DNA of 64,000 nucleotides from Barthelona sp. PCE (lineage: Eukaryota). Positions 40,682 to 51,800 of this stretch are shown one piece after another. The stretch covers positions 62,001 to 126,000 of the forward strand of contig JAUFOR010000002.1 of assembly GCA_040285745.1 (NCBI GenBank). The letters run 5' to 3'. Positions within the stretch are counted from its first letter, which is position 1. Each line of letters starts with the position of its first letter. The notes beneath the pieces were generated by a model. That model saw nothing but the letters and a program-made list of their open reading frames with translations, was not told the DNA's origin and searched no databases. The position numbers and the translations under genes are program-made.

Positions 40682-41341
40682 CTAAAAATAAAAGACCATG
40701 CCAGAACCATTGAAGCTCATTATTGAAAGAACAACTACAACGACAAAAAGAAGAATTATGCTTGTTAAAAAACGCTTGCGTGCGGCCCGTCTTTGTTCAG
40801 GTGTGAGTTCTGTATTACGCATGTCGCTCCATGACGAACTATCAATCTGAAATGGCCCAACACGGAACATTGTGCGACTCCTGAAAGGATTCCTTGCAAC
40901 TCTGATTCGTTGATGGGGTGTCTCTCTTGGTGGCACCGGGTTTGAGTGAAGGGGGAACGGATTATCTGTGGCCTCATCTGTCTTACCAACACCAAAAATT
41001 CGACGAACTTCTGTTCTCTTGATGATTTGTCGACAAATAGCGCATACACTTTCGTCATTTGACTGGTAATTCAGTGCTATATCAAGACATTCTGCACAAT
41101 AAAGGTGCCCACAAGCACCACAAACCGTGTTCGTTGGTACATCACGACATATTGCACACTGAAGCGTATTCTCGCCCTCTAATACTTCTTGACGCTCAGA
41201 AGTGGTAGGATCTGTAGAAAAAGTACTCTGTTCAGGAGTGTGATTTTCTGGCTCACTTACTCTTTCTGAAGAAGATTCTGTATTCTGTTCCACGTTGTTC
41301 ACTTCCTGAATCTGCTCAATTGGCTCATTTTCCCCTTGCAT
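40682..41341 (-). CDS. Tail-anchored C3HC4 RING E3 ligase (RNF5/RNF185/RMA1-like)
   Basis: CAIC...CGHLYCAEC...CAICR, PPR motif, C-terminal TM helix. Confidence 0.85.
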   Translation of the reverse strand: MQGENEPIEQIQEVNNVEQNTESSSERVSEPENHTPEQSTFSTDPTTSERQEVLEGENTLQCAICRDVPTNTVCGACGHLYCAECLDIALNYQSNDESVCAICRQIIKRTEVRRIFGVGKTDEATDNPFPLHSNPVPPRETPHQRIRVARNPFRSRTMFRVGPFQIDSSSWSDMRNTELTPEQRRAARKRFLTSIILLFVVVVVLSIMSFNGSGMVFYF

Positions 41342-41457
41342 AATACTTCGAAAAGGTCTAAAAATCGATTACAAATCTATACACGTTTCTTGGTAATATT
41401 CACTTAAAATACACATAAACAAAAACTTTTACACCACATAATAAAAAAAAAATCACT

Positions 41458-44229
41458 TTAAAAGAGACCTGCATCCTTCTTTTTGGAAGTCTTACGCCAA
41501 CCCTTCAGGTTGTTGAATGTTTCTCTGTCCATGCGCAACAGTTGCTCAAAAATGTCATCAGGAAGATATTTATCCATGTTAGAAGGATCGAAATACTCAA
41601 CTGGTGGTAAATTAAGATCTGAAATGTCAATACGTCGTTGTTGCATGTTAGAAATGAAACGTTCTTGGCAGTTCTGACGCTCTTCAAGAGTGAAAGAATC
41701 ATCAGGCATCTCAAACTTATTCTCCTCTTTTGCAACTGTAGGAACAGCACCAGTTGCCATTGATGGAGTAACAGCGATTGCCTTCTGGGCTTCCTTCTTG
41801 GCTGCTTTGGCATCATCAATCTCCTGCAGTCGAGCTAGTCTTTCTTGAGCCTCTATCTCCTCCTTCCTTCGCTTTTCTGCTCTCTTGCGTTCACGCTCAG
41901 CTTTTTTGGCCTCCATACGCTTTTTGGCATCGGCTCTACGCTTTTTTGAAGCTTCCTCCGCCTTACGAGTCTCCTCAACCTTGGCACGGACACTTTCTGC
42001 ATCGAACTCAACAGTCTCAATATCGTGTGTATCACGCATACGCTTGTTACCGACACGTGGCCCTCCCTTCCTCTCAAAAGTGCGTGTTGTCTCAGTACGA
42101 ACGCGCTTCTCGGGCTCAAAAGATGTATCGATCTCAACAAGCTTCATTTCAGGTGCAAAACCATGCATACGTAAAGAAAAATGGAAGGCAGCGGCTTGTC
42201 CGCCTTGGTACTGACACGGAACTACGTAGTATTTAACTAGACGCTGTTCCACTGTCTTGTGGGCTCCCATGAACTTGAAGTCAAGCGAAGTCCCGCCCTT
42301 GACAAACTTTGATTGGAACACAAGCCTATTTTTCCACTCAGCTGCGTTGGCAACAGGTGTGTCCTTGAGTATATAAAAGCCAACACCGAAACCGGCCTCG
42401 ATCATAAGCGAAGCGGGGGTGCCAGGTGCAGCTTCTACCTCGTATACGGGGTTATCCCAGGGGCGTTGACATGACCCACTGAGCTGAGCAGACCACTCAC
42501 CGTCAAACTCAGTAACACGGACATCAGCTTCAATAAGACTGAACTCAATTGCAGATGGATCCTTACACTCAATTGATATATCAAATGCGCCCTGCTCACC
42601 CTCTTCATACAGTGTGGGAACTATTACCACCGAATCACTAAATCCTAACAGTGTGTGATCAACAACATGACCGGTTGTGAATGATGACATATGCAGCTTC
42701 GCATCATCATCGAACGAAAGCATGAATCCATCGACACCCATCACGTAGAAACCGTGATGACATCCAGATGCAATATCGCTGAGAATGCTCACAGTCACGT
42801 CCTGTTTCGTCTTGCTCGTCAACATATACTGTGGGTTACGATACCAATTTTTGCAGCGAGAGTGCCCGCCTCCAGGTGACCATTCGCCATGCAAAGTGAT
42901 ATTCTCTTTCTTCTCCTGAACGAGGGTTTGAAGATCGGAGGACTCACAGCTATTGATGTACAATGAGAAAGGTCCCTCCACCCCAGCTTTAAATGTCGCA
43001 GGCATGATGATGTAATCTCCAGCTGGCAAAAATGATGAGAATGCCAGGACAGCTGCGGGCTTAAACTTTGCTGTATATATGGGTTTACGCATATCATCAA
43101 CCGCAAAAATATACGCTCCGACACCATCAAGGTCACCGCAATGGTTAACCTCTCTGATTTCATTTGTGTTGTTGAATAATACAAACGATACCTCAGCTTC
43201 ACGCCCGATGGTAAATCCATACTTCTCGTTGGCCATCCAGTCGGCGTTATTGTGACAGCCGGCAGCAGTGCGACCTGCCCATTCGCCATCATAACGAATT
43301 ACTTGTTCGCTTTCGTCGGTTGGATCAATGCAAACGTAGTGATCAGTAAAAACATCACAAAAATCGTCATAATGCAGACGGACACGCTCTTCATCGTCCT
43401 CGAGAAGCATCCAGGGGTTATAAAGGTGAACAAAACGCGCACCGCTTTCATCCGTTTCCAATTCTTCAATTGAATACATTCTACCTAAGACAAAACGACG
43501 GAAGTGGGACATCTTGGGTTTATCCGAAAACTGAACGCATCTGGTGTCATTCTTATTGCAAATTGAACCCATTGGCAGTTTTTTCTTAAAAGCAACATTA
43601 AGATCCGCCCATAATTGATCACGATTGCATTTCTCGTTGTATACCTTAGTAAGGAGACCAGACAGCGTCCAAATTGCAAAAGGAATATCACCATCGCGAA
43701 GATGTTCGTAAGAAGAAGCGAGCTTAGCAAATGCTTTCTCGATTACAGAAACCCATAGTTCACCAGGCACATTTGTCGATGAATAGACAAGGCCACCGTT
43801 ACGATAGCATGGAAAATTGTCATCAACAGCAATAAACTTCATATCACCGTATTGATCGAAGAAATTGACTACAAAGGCACCAATATCAAGATAATCGTCA
43901 AAGGTATTGCAAAATATCTCCCCAAAGAAATCAAAAGCGGTCGTAAACATTGAAAGAGCATTGAGTAACCACGTACATGACAAATTATTCTGTTTCACGG
44001 TAAGATCTCCTTCAGACATCAGAATACATCCTTCTGGGATGGAAAGTTCATCGTTGTAAACACGTTTAAATCTCATTTTGGAGAAATTCAAAGCCTTTTC
44101 TGGTTTAATATTTAAAGAATGCCATAAAGATTCCTTTTTTGGTGGGAAATCCATATCATTGAAGATAAGCTCGTTATTTCTGATCGTTTCGAACTCCTCT
44201 ATGACTTCTTCCAGAGAATTGTAGATCAT
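41458..44229 (-). CDS. Calpain-like protein (inactive CysPc + three calpain-III domains + charged helix + villin headpiece)
   Basis: FNDMDFPP, VDDNFP, ELWVSVIEKAFAKL and NPW; three GEW...N..Y repeats; C-terminal F..L.GWRK...KKDAGLF headpiece; first ATG at 44229. Confidence 0.9.
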   Translation of the reverse strand: MIYNSLEEVIEEFETIRNNELIFNDMDFPPKKESLWHSLNIKPEKALNFSKMRFKRVYNDELSIPEGCILMSEGDLTVKQNNLSCTWLLNALSMFTTAFDFFGEIFCNTFDDYLDIGAFVVNFFDQYGDMKFIAVDDNFPCYRNGGLVYSSTNVPGELWVSVIEKAFAKLASSYEHLRDGDIPFAIWTLSGLLTKVYNEKCNRDQLWADLNVAFKKKLPMGSICNKNDTRCVQFSDKPKMSHFRRFVLGRMYSIEELETDESGARFVHLYNPWMLLEDDEERVRLHYDDFCDVFTDHYVCIDPTDESEQVIRYDGEWAGRTAAGCHNNADWMANEKYGFTIGREAEVSFVLFNNTNEIREVNHCGDLDGVGAYIFAVDDMRKPIYTAKFKPAAVLAFSSFLPAGDYIIMPATFKAGVEGPFSLYINSCESSDLQTLVQEKKENITLHGEWSPGGGHSRCKNWYRNPQYMLTSKTKQDVTVSILSDIASGCHHGFYVMGVDGFMLSFDDDAKLHMSSFTTGHVVDHTLLGFSDSVVIVPTLYEEGEQGAFDISIECKDPSAIEFSLIEADVRVTEFDGEWSAQLSGSCQRPWDNPVYEVEAAPGTPASLMIEAGFGVGFYILKDTPVANAAEWKNRLVFQSKFVKGGTSLDFKFMGAHKTVEQRLVKYYVVPCQYQGGQAAAFHFSLRMHGFAPEMKLVEIDTSFEPEKRVRTETTRTFERKGGPRVGNKRMRDTHDIETVEFDAESVRAKVEETRKAEEASKKRRADAKKRMEAKKAERERKRAEKRRKEEIEAQERLARLQEIDDAKAAKKEAQKAIAVTPSMATGAVPTVAKEENKFEMPDDSFTLEERQNCQERFISNMQQRRIDISDLNLPPVEYFDPSNMDKYLPDDIFEQLLRMDRETFNNLKGWRKTSKKKDAGLF

Positions 44230-44378
44230 AATACAAAATTGGTCAGATATTTTAGTGGAATAAGTTGTTGGTGAATGAAACTCGTTCAATCCCTTGTAAA
44301 GATGACGAAAATGATAAAACAGGTTTGGAAAGTGTTTCACCTTTTATTTATATCTTCACCGGATAATAACACTTGAAC

Positions 44379-44903
44379 ATGGTTAGATCGGGGAAAAATA
44401 GTGAGGCGGACACTCTTGACACACAAAAAGGGCCTAAATTCGAAAAGAAAAAAGTTGCTATGCACTCATACGTCGATAGCGATTCAGAAGATGAGTTTGA
44501 TGAGAACACGGGCATCGTAGATGATCTCGATTATCTGTCAGATTCTGACGATGAAGTTACAGAAGTCAAATCTTCAGGAAAAGCATTATTCCAGACACAG
44601 TCAAAGAAAAATCTGGAAGTGAAAACCATGCGAGACTACAGAGAACGGGTGGAAAAAGCAAAACTTCAACGTCAAGCTGAAAGTCAAAAGATTATCAAAG
44701 AAGTAGAGAAAAAGAAGGTAAAAAAGGGTGAAGATGTTATTCCTGTGGATAATGAGACACTCGGCAAAGTTATGGGTGTGAGGATTGTTTCTAAAAAGCC
44801 CAAAACATCCAGTTCTGCTATGGAATTCTTAAATGCAATGAGTTCGGGTGGTGTGAGACAACATGTACGTAAAGGCCAACGCGGTGTGAAGAAATTCTTT
44901 TAA
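44379..44903 (+). CDS. Small charged low-complexity protein (probably nucleolar)
   Basis: Acidic DSDSEDE/SDSDDE blocks followed by a Lys-rich region; ATG at 44379 or 44460. Confidence 0.65.
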   Translation: MVRSGKNSEADTLDTQKGPKFEKKKVAMHSYVDSDSEDEFDENTGIVDDLDYLSDSDDEVTEVKSSGKALFQTQSKKNLEVKTMRDYRERVEKAKLQRQAESQKIIKEVEKKKVKKGEDVIPVDNETLGKVMGVRIVSKKPKTSSSAMEFLNAMSSGGVRQHVRKGQRGVKKFF

Positions 44904-44957
44904 TAAAACAATTGATGATTTTAATGGTTTTTATTTTCTAACATATAACAAAAAATA

Positions 44958-45464
44958 TCAAGAAAAATATGATATATTACTATCTCTGGAAGATATTTCT
45001 TCCATTTTATCTTCGAAATGTACCCTAAATTGCTTTTCCTGCTCGTATAATGCCTTTTCCAAGTGTAAAGCAAAACGTATTTCCAGTTCATTTTCTTGCA
45101 TCTTTAACGCATTTTGCAACATCTCTTGTGCTTCAGAGTTTGTATAAATGCGGTCTTCTGCTTCCTTTCTCTTCTTTCGAATCCGATTGTGAGGTGATAA
45201 AAAGCGGTAAATTCGCTCTTCGTCCTCAACCAGTTCTGTCACGTTGCTGTGTTGTGTGTTTATCTCGTAACCGTCGTTACTTGGTGGGTTAAGCGGTGGT
45301 AACTGATCCATTGAGAAAGGAACACACTTTCTGCTATGTGGATTAAAATGCGAAAGTGTAGAAGCTAATCTTTTACCATTAAAACTGCTTGAATTGAAGC
45401 CCTGGGACATTCCAAATGATTTCATCGCATTGAAAAGAGAAAGAGGTGATGAAGCTTTGTTCAT
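44958..45464 (-). CDS. AKIRIN: Akirin-like protein
   Basis: RIRKKRK followed by IYT....L...L...E.EL...F...LEKALYEQ..QF.....D and terminal SYFS, matching the Akirin C-terminal coil and SYVS tail. Confidence 0.78.
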   Translation of the reverse strand: MNKASSPLSLFNAMKSFGMSQGFNSSSFNGKRLASTLSHFNPHSRKCVPFSMDQLPPLNPPSNDGYEINTQHSNVTELVEDEERIYRFLSPHNRIRKKRKEAEDRIYTNSEAQEMLQNALKMQENELEIRFALHLEKALYEQEKQFRVHFEDKMEEISSRDSNISYFS

Positions 45465-45851
45465 TAATAACAGTCTTCAATTCGACTTTACCCTTGGGTT
45501 ATGGTACTCTTTGTCACATATAAGCACTACTATCCTTAAAAAAAAAGTAAATAGAAACAAATAGAGAAAATAATCTGAAAAATTTCAGCAATTATTCTGT
45601 GCTCACAATCTAATACTGTATAAATGATGTGGATGACCATAAAAAACTTCTTAAATCTTAACAATAGAGTCAATGATCACTTAGACAGATCAGACAAAAC
45701 AGGCAACTGCTCAACTTATCTATGCACAAGTTTAGCTGTGTATCCCCATAGTTACATCTATTTAATACACGTTGTTATACTTGATTTTTCAGAAACACAA
45801 AACATTTTTTGTTTTCGCTTTTACCCACGTTTCTTTCCATTTTTCTTCAAA

Positions 45852-48800
45852 ATGTCTGAACAAACTGTTTTGTTCACCGTCCAAGACGGATCAGAAGCAC
45901 AGGAGTATGCTGTTGTTGAAGAGAATTGGTCTCAACAACGTTATGATGAATTTTTTAACCAGCTCACAAAACAGCGTTCCTTTGAATCGTTGAGTGACAT
46001 TGTTCTTGATTTTAATCTGGTTAATCACCTTGCAAAAGCAGTTGTGAAGAATGTTGATGAAAATATCAACGCTGTTTTTGAAAAGAGTGCTCAGGGTTTT
46101 AGTAGAGCAGATTCAATGACAACTGCCAGTGGTGAGCAAAAGTTAGGCATTGTTGAAGAGATTTTCATCTCTCAAACTATGGTTCTGTATATTCACCATC
46201 TCAAACAATTACCCCATGAGAAGTGGCCAGGCACCCTCAACATGCTCAAGCAGCACTTCAACGCATACGTAAGCGATGATATTGATTCATCATCTCCTCC
46301 TTCCATCGATGTTCTGCTAAGTGGTCTCAATTCTTTACTCAATGACTCTAATGAGCTTGGTCTCTCAGAGGAGGTCTATGACTCAGTCCTTGATGTATTT
46401 CTGAAACTCGTATTTGCACTTCCCTTCACATCCAGCTTCATTGAATTCTTCTGTTCAAACATCGACAGTCACAAGTTAAAACTATCCGCTGAATCTCAAC
46501 AGAACATCCAAAACATGTTCAATCGTAAGTTTAAGGGGCAACAGAAGGCTGAGAACTACATCGAACTGTCGGAAACGTCTCTCACAAAGTTTCCCTTCAA
46601 CCACCTCAGGGATCGATCCAAAACAGACGGGTTCTCTATCCTAACGCATTACGATACATGTGTAGGTGACTTCAACTACCTGTACATGGTTGGTCCCCAT
46701 GATATAACAACATTTTACCATGGTTACGACCGATCATCTTTGACACTTCCTGTTGCAACAACTGACGTCAGCGAAATCGTAAAGATGGGCGGGACAGACA
46801 AGATGTCCGCTGCAACAATCGGTGATAAGCTAGTTGTTTGCGTTTCGTCTGGTGCAGTGTATTTTTTCGAGAAAGATACATTAGCCTTCGTCAAGGAGAG
46901 TAAGATCATCATTGGTGAAAACAGTGCCGTACAGGTTGCACAGTCGCACGACAACGGTCATCTTAACTTTGTCGTGTACGAAAAGAGCGACTTTAATGGT
47001 CAGCAGAGTTCTGCAGCCACGGTTACAGTTATGGACGTTCGCGGTCCAGAGCCGGTTGTCATCAACAGGATGGCTGTAACGCTTGACCCAATAGTCAACT
47101 ACAAGAAAGCGCATTTCTTCTTCGACAGCGTCGATCGCCTAACCTTATGTCATCGTGCAAACAACTCCGTCCTCTACACTTCATACCTTCTACGTAAGGA
47201 GCTCTCCAACACCGACCAGAAATCTACCGATAGACGCAACGTTCCAACGACCAGTGCTGACTACGTTGATGCATACATCAGTGGCCACCATCAGTTTTGT
47301 GAGCTATTTGCCTCCAACATCACTGATATTAAGCCAACTGACTTTGACAAGCGCAAGTTTTTAGATGAATTCAAGCCATTAGATGAGAGTATCCCCGCGT
47401 TGGGAATGATGTGCTACTATATGACTGTGGCAAATGGTCTTGGCTACAACCTACCATCAATGTACGCCACGTTTATGATGGATTGCACTTTACTTGGCGA
47501 AGAAATCACAGCTGACGGTGAAATCAAGAGCGGTGTCACCTCGATTTTCTCCAACACTTTCGATTCCTTCAGTAACGTTGAGGAGGCTATTCTTACCCTC
47601 ATGTATTCGCAGATACAGGGAGATTCGATTTCTAGCACCCTTTTGAGCCGGCTTGATAACAAATATATCAAAGGTACAGGCATGGACAGTCCTGGCCAGA
47701 TTGCAAAAGTCCATACACGAACTGGTAAGCATTTGCGTTCGTATGAGAAGCTGATTAACTTTATGCTCAAGATGTCAGAAGATTCATCGTTGAGTATAAA
47801 GCGTAAATTGCGATTCTTTGTGGTCTTTAACGAACTTTTTATCTCCAACTGTATCAATCTTGGTTCTCTCTTTAATGAGCATGAGATTAAAACGTTGTTA
47901 CCAAAACTGCAGAAGTGGTGCAAGACATTTGTGACATTGTGTCTTAATGAGCTCTCTAATGATAGAATGGCTATCGAGATTAATTCGATTCTTTTCAATG
48001 CATGCCGCCTCATTTCCCTATGTTGCTCCTATCAGTTCTTCCCCAACACCTTCTTCATTGATATTTTCAATTTCATCTCTGAATACAAGGAATTATTGGT
48101 TGGTGAGCATAGTTATTACACAAAGTCTGTGTTATACAATGCCATCATCATTAACTGTACTTCAACGTTTGAGAATTACATTGGTGACATTCTCGGTGGA
48201 TTTACCAACATTATTGACCTGAACATGAATAACAAAAGACCTTCGGATTACTTCAGTCTTCGTTTAATCAATAGCTTCTTCCAGAATATTATCTTCAATA
48301 TAAATACAGACGATGCAATGCGTCTTCTGTGTAAGAATGCATATTATTATATGAAGAGTATCCGTTCATATATGGAATCTTGTGAATTCGATCGCGAGAA
48401 GTGCTCTGTTTTCGCATCAGCTATTGAAGCACAAAGTTTTTACTACTCACATATTGTTAGTATACTCAACGCTGGTTCTAAAGTGTGGTGTCAGGGTTTT
48501 ATCGAGGAAACTATGGCCTTTATTAAGACTTTTGAACCGCTCAACATTATCGCCGGAAACTCTGTTCACTCATCACTTGCCAGTCGTTCTGTAGAATACC
48601 TCCAGGGTTTCATCATGACTACCAAAGAAAAGATGGTGTACAATACTACTGACACTAATCTTATCAAGGTTCTAAAGGTCAATGAAAAAAAGGTTACTAT
48701 TGTTAGCTGTGATGTCGTTAAGTTCAGATTCGGGAAGATCCCCTCCGAACTCATTGATGAGATGAAGGCAAAGAAATTCTGGTGCTTCGTCAGTCTCGGT

Positions 48801-51800
48801 GATGAGGAACGATTGGAGATAGAAGGTGAGAAGTTCATTGATATTCTCGAGCATCAGCGTACCATGAGCTTTACTGTTCCCAAACGTACGACAAATGCTG
48901 ACGTATACTTTGAGATCATTCCAAAAGAGGATGAATACGAGCTCGAATTTGAGATCAACTCCACGGTTATTGAGTGTGTGATTGAGTGCTACACACGTGT
49001 CCATGAGAAGAGTAATAAGAAGAAAGTAGAGATTGCCCCTCTTTCGTATAACAATACTTCTGTCGATCTCGAAATGCAATGCTCAAAGTTCAAGAGCGAA
49101 GACATTCTTAGCCAGAGTTTTTGGGCTTTCTTGCTCTCTTTCATGGCTTTGGTTAGTGATAATAATGATATCAACCCCGAGTATGAACCTCTGTCCACCC
49201 TATGGCTCTATCAGAAGTCTTTCGATACAGCTGACATTGATGAGCTGCAGTTCACGTTGCTAGTTGATTATGTCATTGACAACATCAAATTCTGCCCGAG
49301 TATTTACGCAGAGTGTACATACGCCGAAATTGAGCGCATTTGTATTGCATTCACCATTGTCCTCAGCTGCTTTGACCGATACCCGGAGCAAGTAGGCAAA
49401 CTGTCTGACGTTATTGAGATGAAGTGTTCTGAATTTGAATCATCCAAGGAGGTGGCAGAGGCCGAGGAAGAGAAGGTAAAGGCCTTGCAGCTTAATGAAG
49501 AAGAGGAAGCGCTCATTAATGAGGACTTCCAGTTCGACGAACCTGATGAGGATATGATGATGGCTATCAATATGGTGCTCGGAGAGTTCCCCCCATCAAG
49601 CGATTATTATAAAGAAACAGCAGCTCAGCTCGAGATCATCAACAATAATCGTGTGAAGAGCGAACGTATCTCCGAGTTAAAGAAGAAGAAGGCATTGTAT
49701 GAGGCATTCATTTCGGACAAAGCCCAGTCAAAGAACAACACACGCTTCATGTCTTCCGGTAAGATGCATATCTTCAGTCTCATCACGCTGTTTGACGAAT
49801 CATCGCTTTCCAAGTCTCTCATTAACGCTTCTCTCAAAAGTTTGCTGGATTTATTAGCCCAACCAGAGAGTGGATTCAGAAAACTATACATGCCACATGG
49901 TAATGCATCTGATGAGCACAAAATCCGATTCTCACAAATCACAGGTACTCCTTCCTTCCTTGACTACGCTTCAGACGATCGGGTTCGCACTGAACTCAGC
50001 ACCCTGGAGATTGTAATGATGCCCATGTACGCGCTTATTGGCCGCTGGACGCATGATGAAGATGCTTTCTTTGATTTTGTAAGAGAAACATCAATCGAGG
50101 AGTTCGAAAATATCTTTGTCTCTCTCATGGTGTATCTTTATCTTTACTTGCCCTCAGATCGCTTTAAGTTCATCAAGAAGGGTCTGAACTTGTGTTTCAA
50201 GCTCGCCAACAAGTGGGATGATGAAGCGATAAGAACCAAGTATCAAAACAGCGCAAATCTACTCAGTCTCACATTCATTAGCGGTTATCTCCCTGACCTC
50301 TATCCCTATTTGGTTCACGCGCGCAACCACATGAACTTGTTTACGTTTGTTCCAGTTACCAATGTTAAGAGAATCGTCAAATTCAACACGTACGATGCGA
50401 TGAACAGGAAGTTCCATCGCATTCAAAATCACTACATTATCCACAAGATGTTAAATGAGGAAATGATCGGGAAGGTCTTTGGTGAGAACAACATTTCTCT
50501 TCTTCTTAAGCTTTTCTTTTCTTATGAGAAGATTGATGACATTAATTTCGCTAATCTTGGAGCTTTACTTTGCGTTCTGACTCATTTGCGTAATGATAAA
50601 CCCTTCAACATTCCGCTGGAGAACTTTATCGAGAAGATCATCAATCCCTTACGTCCCATCATTAACAGCTTTGAATTCACTCCTGATCTTTTTAAAGAAA
50701 ATTTCTATGGCGAGCGTATGAGCAAAGTGAACGATTTCTTCATCTTCTTTACTTTCGCAATGCAATACATGAAATTGGTAAAGGCAATGGGTTCATTCGA
50801 GGTAAATAAGATGGCTTGTCAAGCAATTAAGAATATTGCAGATCAGGCAATTATGCAAATCCCATTCATAAACATCAGTGGAGAGAAACAGCGAATGCTT
50901 GAATTTTTAATGGTGGCATACCCTTCGCTGACTGTGAATGCATCAGATATCACAATTGAAACCAGTGAATCTACAGAGATGTTTGGTAGTCTCTTCGGAG
51001 GAGGTGAAGATGGTGAAAATCCAAGACTCAGTTTATATAGCAAAGATGCTTTCTTCCATCAACTACCAACAGTTGCACCCACACTTTCAATTATTGATGG
51101 AGTCAACCTGATTGGCAGTGGTATTGTTACCAACGATATGACCTTCTCCAAGAACGGTAACAAAAAGTTTTCAAAAATGATGTCTTTTGATATTAGTCAA
51201 GAATGCTTGGATGGTATTAGAAAAGCTCCCAAAGAGACACGTGAATATTTTGAGTACGTTTTCAATATCATTGAACGCAAGAACTTCTATAGATCCAGCA
51301 TCAAAGATGAGAAGGACTCAAACTCGTTCTTGTTCGAGCCTGCAGGTTTTTCGAGTCAAGTTGCTTCACGTATCAACTTTGATCCTGGAGAGATCATTAA
51401 CGTTGAATTCATGAGCAGCCACTTTTCTGAATTGATGCCCGAAGGTGTTACGTTAGATCTGGCAACAATGATGTCACTAACTTTGCTTATGACAGATCTT
51501 TGTCAGAGCGTTCTCGAGTTTACCCGTAGTGAGCACCTGCCACTACACACATGCGATATAATGGGAATGTTCTCTTCGATGGCCGAAGCCTCACATCTAA
51601 CGTTCAAGGAGTTCGTTGATGATGGTGTTATGTTAAGTGATTTTATCGCTAGCGTATTTGAATATGACCGTATCGAAATGCCTTCCATTAAGAAGGCCTA
51701 CGAAAACTTCCCTGCACCCGTTGAGAAGGGACAGGAACACATGCTCTCCACTGCTCTCCAAAACGTCACAGGCTCATATGCTATTGTTGAGTCTGCACCC

